Source: an uncultured Bacteroidota bacterium
GTDB taxonomy: Bacteria; Bacteroidota; Bacteroidia; Chitinophagales; LD1
Assembly: GCA_903861145.1 (NCBI GenBank)
Contig: CAIOTH010000042.1
Coordinates: forward strand, 98,236-162,235
DNA: 64,000 nt
Direction: 5' to 3'
Under the pieces are notes generated by a model. The model was not told where the DNA came from, ran no database searches, and was given only the letters and a program-made list of their open reading frames with translations. Shown one piece after another: positions 54,116 through 63,405 of this stretch. A program made the position numbers and the translations under genes. How positions within the stretch are numbered: position 1 is the first letter of the stretch; every line of letters begins with the position of its first letter.

Positions 54116-54898
54116 ATGGAGTATAAAGGTTTTGATGTCGATTTTTTGATTGCGCTGGCTCAAAAAGCGGGCGATGCTATTATGGAAATATACTCACGCG
54201 AGTTTTCAGTAGAAACGAAAGATGATCGTTCGCCATTAACGGAGGCCGATAAAAAATCGAATGATGTAATACTGAAGGGGTTAAAAGAAAAATATCCTAC
54301 AACTCCTTTCATTTCGGAAGAGACGAAGCTTACTCCGTATACTGAAAGGAAAAGCTGGAATACCTTTTGGCTAATTGACCCGTTAGATGGCACCAAAGAG
54401 TTTATTAAAAAGAATGGTGAGTTTACAGTTAATATAGCGTTGATTGAAAATGGCGTGCCAATGATTGGTGTTGTGTATGTTCCCGCACAAGGAAAAACAT
54501 ATTATGGTGTTAGTGGCAAGGGTTCATTTAAACTTGAAGACCGCTATGCCAAGCCGGTGTTAATGGAAAATAAAGAACATTACGGCGATAAGCATAAGGT
54601 TATAGTTGTTGGAAGCCGTTCGCATATGGATGAGAATACAATGGCCTTTGTTGAGCAGCTTAAAGTAAGTGGCAAAGAGGTTGAGTTTAGCTCATCAGGT
54701 AGCTCCTTAAAATTTTGCCTGGTAGCGGAAGGTAAGGCTGATGTTTATCCACGGTTTGCACCAACAATGGAGTGGGATACCGGCGCTGCACACGGCGTTG
54801 TGTTGTATGCCGGCAAGAATGTTTTTGATAGAAACACCGGGCAACCGCTTAAATACAACAAAGAGAATTTGTTGAACCCATTTTTTATAGTGGAGTAA
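54116..54898 (+). CDS. cysQ: 3'(2'),5'-bisphosphate nucleotidase
   Basis: Inositol monophosphatase fold motifs SPLTEADK, WLIDPLDGTKEF and EWDTGAAH. Confidence 0.8.
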   Translation: MEYKGFDVDFLIALAQKAGDAIMEIYSREFSVETKDDRSPLTEADKKSNDVILKGLKEKYPTTPFISEETKLTPYTERKSWNTFWLIDPLDGTKEFIKKNGEFTVNIALIENGVPMIGVVYVPAQGKTYYGVSGKGSFKLEDRYAKPVLMENKEHYGDKHKVIVVGSRSHMDENTMAFVEQLKVSGKEVEFSSSGSSLKFCLVAEGKADVYPRFAPTMEWDTGAAHGVVLYAGKNVFDRNTGQPLKYNKENLLNPFFIVE

Positions 54899-54912
54899 TT
54901 TAATCTTATATA

Positions 54913-55770
54913 ATGTTTGGGTCAATTCAGGTAGATATTCACAAGATGGAGACTTTTATTGAGCCCGCAGCTATTATAGTTGGGGCCTTTATTTTTAGCC
55001 GTATATTAAGTGAGGTTGTAAAAAGATACATACGCAGAAGTGCCCGGGTTTTAAAGGTTGACCCAACTAATTATTCCTTTATTCAGCATGCTATTAGCAT
55101 GCTCATCTTTTTAGGTGCGGTGTTTTTTGTTTTCAGAAGCATACCGCAGTTACGCGATATTGGTACCACATTTTTTGCAGGCGCAGGCATATTAGCTGCT
55201 ATCATAGGCTTTGCCTCTCAAGAGGCATTTAGCAATATTATTAGCGGTGTGTTTATTGTAATTTATAAACCGTTTAGCGTTGGCGATAATATAAAACTTT
55301 TGTCCAATGGGCAGGCGGGTACCGTTGAGGATATAACCTTAAGGCATACTGTTATTAAGGGCGCAGAAAATAGGAGGATAGTAGTGCCAAATTCGGTTAT
55401 CAGCCGGGAGCAAATTATTAATTCATCTATTGTTGACTTACGTATTCAATTACATCTGGAAGTATTGATTAATTATGAAAGCAATCACCAACGTGCAATT
55501 GAAATTATGCGCGAAGAGGCTATAAAACATCCTTTGTTTTTGGATGGAAGAAGCGCTACGGACAAAATGAATGGCAAGGAAGTCGTTGATGTGAAATTTA
55601 TTGCGTTGGAGCTAAAAGGAATTAGGTTAAGAACTTTTATTTGGGTTGGAAGTGATAGTGATGCGTTTAACCTTAAATGCGATTTGCTTAGAGTTTTGAA
55701 AGAACGTTTTGAAGCCGAAGGCATTAAAATAGCCCATGATGATAATGTTATAGAGTTAAAAAAAGAGTAG
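54913..55770 (+). CDS. MscS-family mechanosensitive channel
   Basis: Three TM helices and pore/beta domain ISGVFIVIYKPFSVGDNI...GTVEDITLRHTVIK...VVPNS. Alternative start ATG 54946. Confidence 0.8.
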   Translation: MFGSIQVDIHKMETFIEPAAIIVGAFIFSRILSEVVKRYIRRSARVLKVDPTNYSFIQHAISMLIFLGAVFFVFRSIPQLRDIGTTFFAGAGILAAIIGFASQEAFSNIISGVFIVIYKPFSVGDNIKLLSNGQAGTVEDITLRHTVIKGAENRRIVVPNSVISREQIINSSIVDLRIQLHLEVLINYESNHQRAIEIMREEAIKHPLFLDGRSATDKMNGKEVVDVKFIALELKGIRLRTFIWVGSDSDAFNLKCDLLRVLKERFEAEGIKIAHDDNVIELKKE

Positions 55771-55812
55771 TTATCTTTAATGGATTGAATTAATCTCTTT
55801 TATATTTTAAAT

Positions 55813-57003
55813 GTGGTGAAGAACGTTATTAAGCGAATAAGGAAGTTTAACGAACACCGCGATCCTGAATTGGTGAAACTAAAATACGAGGCTTTAAAAG
55901 AAAGTCCGTTTCGTTTTTTCCGAGGCACTTGCCATCTTTTTTACGAAGATCTTCCGAAGAAATCTTTTATCCTCAAATCGCCAAAAACATGGATTTGCGG
56001 CGATTTACATCTTGAAAACTTTGGAACATTTAAGGGAAACAACCGGCTGGCATACTTTGATATGAATGATTTTGATGAGGCTATTTTGGGGCCTTGTTTA
56101 ATTGATGTAGTGAGGCTTTGTACGAGTGTATTCCTTGCTTCGGGAATGATAAAAATGGAGATTGCAGAGTGTAGAAAATTGGCTAAGGTGTTGCTAAAAT
56201 CTTACGCTTATAATCTGGAACAGGGCCATATAAAATATATGGAGCAGAGAATAGCCAAAGGCTTTGTTCGTGATTTTTTAGAGCATGCAACGCAGCGTAC
56301 GCGGGTAGAAATGCTAAATCAACGGGTGAAATTTGCGAAATCAGGGATTTCCATTAGGCATGATGAATTAAAAGCGTTTGATGCTGATAAGAAAACGAGG
56401 CGCAACGTAAAGATTGCTCTTGCAAAATGGGCCATGGAAAACGCTGAGGACCCGGCTTTTTATAAAGTTATTGATATTGCCAACCGGGCCACCGGTACTG
56501 GTAGCATTGGAATTGAAAGGCATCTTGTTTTAATATTGGGTAAAGGTAAGCCTGATGGCTATTACCTGCTGGATATTAAAGAAGCTGATCTTCCTAGCGG
56601 TTTACATTTCATTAAGCTGAAGCAACCCAAATGGAAAAATGAAGCGTTGCGGTTAATTGAAATTCAAGGCCGTGTGCAATCAGCTTCGCCGGCCTATTTA
56701 AACCCAATTAAGATTGGTAAAAAGTGGTTTGTAATGAAGGAACTTCAACCGCTTGAGGATAAAGTAGATTTTGCCTTACTGCAAAAAGACGTAGATAAGT
56801 TAACTCAATTGCTAACCGACATGGGAGCTATTGTTGCCTGGAACAATCTTCGTTGTGGTGGAAGGCAGGGGGCCGCAATAGCCGATGAACTGATTAAATT
56901 TGGCCGTAACCTTCACAAGATTGAAGAGGAAATTTTGAATTACGCCGAAAATTACGCCTCGAGGACAATAAAATACTGGGTCGATTTTAAAACTGAAAGG
57001 TAG
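55813..57003 (+). CDS. DUF2252-like protein
   Basis: 396-aa ORF. SPFRFFRGTCHLFYEDL and WICGDLHLENFG motifs as I recall them for DUF2252. GTG start. Confidence 0.6.
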   Translation: MVKNVIKRIRKFNEHRDPELVKLKYEALKESPFRFFRGTCHLFYEDLPKKSFILKSPKTWICGDLHLENFGTFKGNNRLAYFDMNDFDEAILGPCLIDVVRLCTSVFLASGMIKMEIAECRKLAKVLLKSYAYNLEQGHIKYMEQRIAKGFVRDFLEHATQRTRVEMLNQRVKFAKSGISIRHDELKAFDADKKTRRNVKIALAKWAMENAEDPAFYKVIDIANRATGTGSIGIERHLVLILGKGKPDGYYLLDIKEADLPSGLHFIKLKQPKWKNEALRLIEIQGRVQSASPAYLNPIKIGKKWFVMKELQPLEDKVDFALLQKDVDKLTQLLTDMGAIVAWNNLRCGGRQGAAIADELIKFGRNLHKIEEEILNYAENYASRTIKYWVDFKTER

Positions 57004-57016
57004 CTTTACTATAATG

Positions 57017-58519
57017 TTATTGACCGATAGCCGTGAACGTATGCGGAGCACCACTGATAGGTTCTGGTATCGGAGCTCCGTTTACCACAGTAGCCGTAAC
57101 TTGTTGCGTGCCTTGGTGTGGGCCTAGCGTCCATGTAGCTTGTGCTAACCCATTATGATCTGTAAGTACAAATAAAATGGTATTTGTTCCATCGAGGAAT
57201 CCCATTCCCTGAGCGGTAGTACCGACTATTGAAAACGTAACGAGGGTGTTAGGGGCCGGGTTTCCATTAGAGTCAAAAATTTTCACCACTAAAGGGTTAG
57301 GCAACGTTTGAATGATATTTCCCGTTTGACTATCACCTGACACATACACGAAAGTATAAGGAGTTTCAAAAAATACTGAATCAAAAGTCCAGCTTTGATT
57401 AAATTGAGGCATGTTTCTGCCAAAATTGGGTATTCCTATTTGAGCATCAGTAATGGAAGACCAAATTGTTGTACCTTGATTGTAGTTAAATGGATTTCTA
57501 ATAGCCTGCCCAATGGTACCGTTGAAACCTATTGTTATTTGTGGCCCGGCAACTGTATAAAATGAAGAGGTAATTTGGTCGGTCGCGTTAACAAATATAT
57601 TGCTTATTGCACGATGTGGGTTGGTGTCAAATTCGAGGGTGTTATAAGCAACGCCGCTATGTAGTGGATGCCATTGACCGCCAGTGTACTGGAGGCCGGC
57701 GGTATAGGTACAGTTTGAGCCCCAATATGCTTTTACTTGTAGCGAATCGGAGTTTTGGGCTAAGCTACCCGAGGCTCCGGCATTTAAGCTCATGTTGAAT
57801 TTCATAACTATTGGAACCGAAATATTCCCCCACGCTTGAATCCATTGAGTGCTTTTAACAGCAAAATTAGCAAGATTAACACCGTTTGACCAACCACGTG
57901 TTTCTGTGTTGAAAGCAAAAATAGAAAGGCTATCCTTTGAATTTACATTGCTCGTTGACATTTGGAAATTGGTCAATCCCACAGCAGAATCGAAAGTAAA
58001 TGTCAAGTCGATAGTAGGCTGAATATTAAATTGACTGTAAACCAGATCTAAATCAAAACCAGGAACATTTGACAAATTTACATTGGAATAACTGCGAAAA
58101 ATAGATTGACTACTTGGATTAGCGGAATCGATAATTGGTATTTGCAATGTAAACGTGCCGCTTTTAAAAATATCAGCCATGGTAGCCGGTTGGGTAAATA
58201 GGTTTAAACGGTCGTTTGCAAGGCTTGTGGCGAGGACTTTCCTAATGTATCCACCATTGGTTACGCCGACAATTATGTCTCCCACATGCACATCTATATA
58301 AGGCGTATGCGTTGTAAATCCGTAGCTATAATCGCCATTACCCGGCTGGCCATAGGCATTAGTTAACATCCATTGTGTCGAGTCAATAATATGCACGTTG
58401 GGCCATACCACAATGGCACCAGGTGGTGGTGAATTTTGTGTTACTGTGCCCGGCTTGCATGAATTAACCATTGTGGTAAGCACTAAACCAATAAGGCAAA
58501 GAGTAAGTAGTCGCTTCAT
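57017..58519 (-). CDS. lipoprotein with C-terminal bacterial Ig-like (Big_1-like) domain, unknown function
   Basis: Lipobox TMVNSC. C-terminal VVKIFDSNGNPAPNTLVTFS...GLAQATWTLG resembles an invasin/intimin-type Ig domain. Confidence 0.6.
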   Translation of the reverse strand: MKRLLTLCLIGLVLTTMVNSCKPGTVTQNSPPPGAIVVWPNVHIIDSTQWMLTNAYGQPGNGDYSYGFTTHTPYIDVHVGDIIVGVTNGGYIRKVLATSLANDRLNLFTQPATMADIFKSGTFTLQIPIIDSANPSSQSIFRSYSNVNLSNVPGFDLDLVYSQFNIQPTIDLTFTFDSAVGLTNFQMSTSNVNSKDSLSIFAFNTETRGWSNGVNLANFAVKSTQWIQAWGNISVPIVMKFNMSLNAGASGSLAQNSDSLQVKAYWGSNCTYTAGLQYTGGQWHPLHSGVAYNTLEFDTNPHRAISNIFVNATDQITSSFYTVAGPQITIGFNGTIGQAIRNPFNYNQGTTIWSSITDAQIGIPNFGRNMPQFNQSWTFDSVFFETPYTFVYVSGDSQTGNIIQTLPNPLVVKIFDSNGNPAPNTLVTFSIVGTTAQGMGFLDGTNTILFVLTDHNGLAQATWTLGPHQGTQQVTATVVNGAPIPEPISGAPHTFTAIGQ

Positions 58520-58737
58520 AGTCTTTCTTTTTATATTACAATATCTCCGTTTTGCGATTTAATGCAAACTACAGTTAATTACGTAAACTTCAATGGAAGT
58601 TACATTTAAGCAGTCAAATTGCAAAATCAATATTTAAATCAAGGTTAAGCCCGAAATGTGAAGTGTAACACTCCAGATATAAACAAGGTGGCAGGGTAAA
58701 TGGCTATTAAGCTATTCAGCTAATCGAATTTACAAAT

Positions 58738-60420
58738 TTATTTGCTCAATTCAAAACAAAATTTGCTGCCCTTGCCGAATACGCTCTCCATTGCAATTTT
58801 GCCCCCTTGTTTTCCGATGATTTCTTTAGATATTGTGAGACCTATGCCACTACCGCCGGGAATGGAGCCGGGAATTTGAAAGAATTTTTCGAATATGCGG
58901 GATTGGTATTTTTGTTCAATTCCCCGGCCAAAATCCTGCACCGAGAAAATCAATGTGGCTTCCTTTGGTTCCACTGCCACAATCACTTTTGCCCCTTCGG
59001 GTGAATAGCGAATTGCATTGGTTAAAAAGTTTAGAAGTACCCATGCTGTTTTATCGGCATCGGCCTTAATGGGCGGCAGGGAATTTGGTATATTCTTTTC
59101 GAGGGTTATCTTTTTCTCATCGGCTAAAGAATGAACGGCGGCGCAAGCCTGTTCAACTATCTGCAATGGCTGAATTGACTGAATGTTAAATTGGATATTA
59201 CCGGTTTCAACCTGGGTCATATCTAATAACTCAGTGGTAATTTTTAGTAGCCTTTGACTATCGCCTTTAATATCACTTACCAGTTTTTGCTGCTCAGCAT
59301 TCAATGAACCTATTCTGGAGTCTTCTAAAAGTTTTAAGCTCATTTTTATCGATGAAATGGGCGTTTTTAACTCGTGCGAAATGGTTGCTATAAAGTTAGT
59401 TTTAGCTACGTCCAACTCCTGAAACTTGGTGATGTTTCTTAATACCGTTACCTCACCTATTTTTTGTTCGCCGTTAAAGATTTCAAGCGACTCTTTGGTA
59501 AAATAGCTTTCCTTGTTGTCAGCATAAATTTTCAGCAGTTTTTCTTTATCCTCTTTAACCAACAGGTTGCGCAAAAGGTCGTTTCTTAAAGCTACGTCGG
59601 GAGCATATTTTCCCAGTAAATCATTTTCACTGATGCCCAGCAATTGTATAGCAACTGAGTTAGCGAAAAGCACCCTGTTTTTTTCGTCAAAACCGATGAT
59701 GGCATCCTTCATGTTGTTGATGATGGTTTCGATACGTTTTTTCTCAAACATCAATTGACTTAAGTTGCTGTTTTCATATTCATCTAACCGGCTGGCCATG
59801 TTGTTAAAGGCAGTTGCCAGTTCGCCGAATTCATCACGGGAATCGAAATGAAGGCGGGAGGAGTAATTTCTATTGGCAATGGCACGTATTCCCATAGTTA
59901 ACTCGGCAATAGGATTTGCAATCATGCCGGGGAAATTGATTACAAAGGTGAAGCTGAGCAAAAAACATAGCGTACCAAGTATTGTGATATAAGCAAAGAC
60001 ACGCTTAGTGGTTGTTGTTGCAGCCTGGTTTTTTCTGAAAATTGCCTGCATGTTAAGGTCCTGCATATGTAGTACTTTCTGGCGCAAAAGGGCTTCTGTT
60101 TTGTCATCACGCTGACCGGCTTTGTACTGTTCAAAAACCTGGCGCAATTCTGACGCTGCTTCATTTTCACCTACCTCAGTAATGTTGTGTTCTTCTTTAA
60201 CCAGGTTGGTTTCAAATTTCTTAATGGAAATCTGGTCGTCTTTCTCATCAAGTGCCTGAATCATGTTTTTGCCATATTCCAAACTTTCGTAGTTATCCTT
60301 TAAAATGGTTGAGGATAAATCGGCCAGGTGGTTTATATAAAAGCTACCTGTACCGGCGAGCGTAATAATAATGGCCAGTAAAAAAATAAGTCCTAAGCGG
60401 ATTTTGGTTTTAATCTTCAT
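58738..60420 (-). CDS. sensor histidine kinase (TM-HAMP-PAS-HisKA-HATPase), kinase half of a split KdpD
   Basis: H-box SHELKTPISS, N box LLNFLTNAIRYS, G boxes QDFGRGI and GSGIGLTISK. Sits directly downstream of the KdpD N-terminal domain gene. Confidence 0.8.
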   Translation of the reverse strand: MKIKTKIRLGLIFLLAIIITLAGTGSFYINHLADLSSTILKDNYESLEYGKNMIQALDEKDDQISIKKFETNLVKEEHNITEVGENEAASELRQVFEQYKAGQRDDKTEALLRQKVLHMQDLNMQAIFRKNQAATTTTKRVFAYITILGTLCFLLSFTFVINFPGMIANPIAELTMGIRAIANRNYSSRLHFDSRDEFGELATAFNNMASRLDEYENSNLSQLMFEKKRIETIINNMKDAIIGFDEKNRVLFANSVAIQLLGISENDLLGKYAPDVALRNDLLRNLLVKEDKEKLLKIYADNKESYFTKESLEIFNGEQKIGEVTVLRNITKFQELDVAKTNFIATISHELKTPISSIKMSLKLLEDSRIGSLNAEQQKLVSDIKGDSQRLLKITTELLDMTQVETGNIQFNIQSIQPLQIVEQACAAVHSLADEKKITLEKNIPNSLPPIKADADKTAWVLLNFLTNAIRYSPEGAKVIVAVEPKEATLIFSVQDFGRGIEQKYQSRIFEKFFQIPGSIPGGSGIGLTISKEIIGKQGGKIAMESVFGKGSKFCFELSK

Positions 60421-60430
60421 AGTAGTTCAA

Positions 60431-61555
60431 TTATGATAGTATTACTAAGTCAATGTCTGAAGCAGTGAGTTTGTGCAACAATTGGTTAAACACCGCAGTG
60501 CTCAAAATTATTTTCCACAGGCGCAGATGCGGCTTACCTATGCATATGGTGGTTACCGCTTTTTCTTCGGCGGTTTTTACAATTGCATCCGCGATGCTGT
60601 CGTTTTTTACGTTTATAACCTCGCCTCCCAATTCTGTAGCCAGCTTAAAATTATTGATTAGGTGGCGTTGTGTGGCCAATGGAATATGGTCCCCGTCTTC
60701 GCCTGGCGTTTGCACATAAAGTACCCACCATGTACTGTTATAATAACTGGCAAGCCGCGCAGTTTTGCGGATGATTCTTTTTGCAGTTTCATGATTACTG
60801 CTGATACAAGCTAAAAAGCGCTCAGGTTTTAATGCGATGTTTCGTGGAACCTCATTCTCGATTTTACGCTCTACCTGCGAGGCTACTTCTTTTAAAGCCA
60901 GCTCGCGTAATTGTAATATTTTATCACTTTGAAAAAAGTTACGAAGCGCCGTTTCAACTTTACTCTTGTCGTAAATCTTGCCCTCTTTTAAACGGGCAAT
61001 TAATTCATCTGCGGTAAGGTCAATGTTTACCACTTCATCGGCCATTCTGATAACCTGGTCAGGTACACGCTCTTTAATTTCAATGCCGGTTATGTGCTCT
61101 ATTTCTTCATTCAGGCTTTCAATGTGCTGAATGTTCATGGCACTAATAACGCTTATGCCTGCATTCAGAATTTCAGCCACGTCCTGCCAACGTTTCTCGT
61201 TAATACTACCTTCAATGTTGGTATGGGCTAGCTCATCAACAATCACCACCTCAGGATGAATATTAATAATGGCTCTAACATCCATTTCTTCAAGTTCCTT
61301 TCCTTTATAGAAGAGCTTCTTTCGTGGAATCATAGGAAGACCTTCAACCAAAGCGTGTGTCTCAACCCTGTTATGCGTTTCGATATATCCTATTTGTACA
61401 TCAACCGCACTTTTGAAAAGGGCGTGAGCTTCCTGTAACATGCGATAGGTTTTTCCTACACCGGCGCTCATGCCAATATATATCTTGAATTTACCGCGTT
61501 TTGCCTTGCGTATTAACTCAAGAAACTGTTCTTCATTTTTTTCCAATTCAGGCAT
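60431..61555 (-). CDS. KdpD N-terminal sensor domain plus Usp domain protein (no kinase core)
   Basis: GKFKIYIGMSAGVGKTYRMLQEA P-loop, VVIVDELAHTN and the Usp-like C-terminal half. Ends before any H-box. Confidence 0.8.
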   Translation of the reverse strand: MPELEKNEEQFLELIRKAKRGKFKIYIGMSAGVGKTYRMLQEAHALFKSAVDVQIGYIETHNRVETHALVEGLPMIPRKKLFYKGKELEEMDVRAIINIHPEVVIVDELAHTNIEGSINEKRWQDVAEILNAGISVISAMNIQHIESLNEEIEHITGIEIKERVPDQVIRMADEVVNIDLTADELIARLKEGKIYDKSKVETALRNFFQSDKILQLRELALKEVASQVERKIENEVPRNIALKPERFLACISSNHETAKRIIRKTARLASYYNSTWWVLYVQTPGEDGDHIPLATQRHLINNFKLATELGGEVINVKNDSIADAIVKTAEEKAVTTICIGKPHLRLWKIILSTAVFNQLLHKLTASDIDLVILS

Positions 61556-61645
61556 AATTCAAATTCACTTTTACTGACGTCCTACACTTTAATACTAAAT
61601 TATTCCAACTAACTCCCTTAAACAAATTAAATCCCTCAAACCTGT

Positions 61646-63016
61646 TTAAAAACTTATGCATAAATCCATTGCTGCGGTAAACTGGCCCTTTTTAGTTCCA
61701 TTGTCATAAGGCGTTGCACCATTGTTGTTCCAGGCATGGTCATATCTCACCTCAGGCCGGAGCAAAACGAAATCGGTAAAATGGTGCGACCAACTAATAG
61801 TATGGCTGGTGTACCAGGTTGCAAACCCGGTTCTTTGCCCCTCAACATCGTTTAAAGCATCGTTCCTTATGGAAACGTAATCTTTCGGCCCGCAAAATAT
61901 CTGGAAATAATTTACCAGACCAATTGCTTCAGACCGGCCATGAATTATTGGGCCTTCTCCACCACCTTGTGCGTATTGGGCCGGGCCAAAAATGGCGGTT
62001 CCTCCAAGCGCAGCATTAAACTGCCATATATAATAGGCCTCCGTCATCATGTGAAAGCGTTCATTAAACTTATGTCCCCAAACAAACACCAGCTGCTGCA
62101 AATCATCGTGGGCGTTTTTGAATTGCCCGCTACCCACAGAGGCAAGTCCACCGTATACTGATTCCTTATTGTCCTTGGCTACCCAGCGAAGCATCACCGA
62201 GCCATTAGGCTGCGCTGATTTAGTCCAAATGGCCATGTCGTTACCACCATGCACTCCAACTTCAAATTGAAACTGGGGATGCACCCTAATGGTAATGTTG
62301 ACACAGGTATAAGTATAAGGGTCAACGGTAAACATCAATGAATGGGAGTACATATAATTTTGTGGTGCCCATTGGGCTTCAATATCTGATGGAGATATAA
62401 AGCGTCCGATTTTAACCAACATTCCTTGCGCCACTTGTGGTACGTATATCAGACCATAAATTTGAGTTGGGTCCCAGCCATAAATGCGGTTATACTTCAA
62501 TAATTGATTGCTAAAATAACCTTGTGCTGAAGTGTATCGATAATCAGTTCCAACAATACCATTTAAGAGAAATCCCCAATCAACCTTTTTCGTCTGCACC
62601 ACATCAGGGTCACGTTCAATCATCAAAACCGCCTGATCGAGAATAAGTCGGTTTGGAATAAAATCGTACGATTGCGGAGTATTAGCCTGTTTTGAACTAC
62701 TGGCGTTTACACCGGCATCAACCCATCCGAAAATATGAATGCCAACATCATTCCATTTAGTCCAGTTTTTCTTTGTAGCTTTTTGTATCGCCTGCATCAG
62801 ATAATCGGGCAAGGCGGAAGATTCTCCAATTACCGGCCCACCCACCCAATCAGCCATTGGAAATGGTGGTGATGGGAACGGGGATGGTAGACATCTGCCA
62901 TTAGCGGTTAAGGAATCAGCGGGGGAGCTAATTTGCCTTTCATTCTGACCATAAACTGGCGCCAGAAGAAAAAATGTGAGCGATAAAATTAGAAACTCCC
63001 TCATATCATAAGTCAT
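61646..63016 (-). CDS. putative outer-membrane porin
   Basis: Signal peptide, alternating beta-strand pattern, aromatic girdle residues and C-terminal ...MDLCISF (terminal Phe). Start may be ATG 63004. Confidence 0.6.
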   Translation of the reverse strand: MTYDMREFLILSLTFFLLAPVYGQNERQISSPADSLTANGRCLPSPFPSPPFPMADWVGGPVIGESSALPDYLMQAIQKATKKNWTKWNDVGIHIFGWVDAGVNASSSKQANTPQSYDFIPNRLILDQAVLMIERDPDVVQTKKVDWGFLLNGIVGTDYRYTSAQGYFSNQLLKYNRIYGWDPTQIYGLIYVPQVAQGMLVKIGRFISPSDIEAQWAPQNYMYSHSLMFTVDPYTYTCVNITIRVHPQFQFEVGVHGGNDMAIWTKSAQPNGSVMLRWVAKDNKESVYGGLASVGSGQFKNAHDDLQQLVFVWGHKFNERFHMMTEAYYIWQFNAALGGTAIFGPAQYAQGGGEGPIIHGRSEAIGLVNYFQIFCGPKDYVSIRNDALNDVEGQRTGFATWYTSHTISWSHHFTDFVLLRPEVRYDHAWNNNGATPYDNGTKKGQFTAAMDLCISF

Positions 63017-63093
63017 TTATCTCTGCTTTGCTATAGAAATCATAACGAGAAATTATCGGGTTTTTCCCATTTGATTGTTGAAGTTTTAGCAAA

Positions 63094-63324
63094 TTAAAAG
63101 TGTACATATTTGCCGATGATTACAATCAAAATAACAATTGCCAACATAAACAGAATGGAGTAGGGGTTTCCATAATTTACAGTCCAGCCTAATTCCGAAA
63201 TTCTTTTTGGCGGCAACAGACGCTTGTCGATTGGGTTGTAATAAAATATCCCCAATCTCCAGTTTGCAGGGTCATCGTGCCATTTTTTCAGTGTTTCTTT
63301 ATCTGGTTTTTCCTTGGGTTTCAT
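63094..63324 (-). CDS. small membrane protein (DUF5808-like)
   Basis: WHDDPANWRLGIFYYNPIDKRLLPPKR...GWTVNYGNP followed by one TM helix. ATG 63324 preferred over the track start 63366. The family name is from memory and unverified. Confidence 0.5.
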   Translation of the reverse strand: MKPKEKPDKETLKKWHDDPANWRLGIFYYNPIDKRLLPPKRISELGWTVNYGNPYSILFMLAIVILIVIIGKYVHF

Positions 63325-63405
63325 GCTTAATAAATCTTGGGAAAACAAAAAGGGATGTTTTAGCATCCCCTTTTATTTTCATTTTTAATTAATCCAAATT
63401 CTTCT

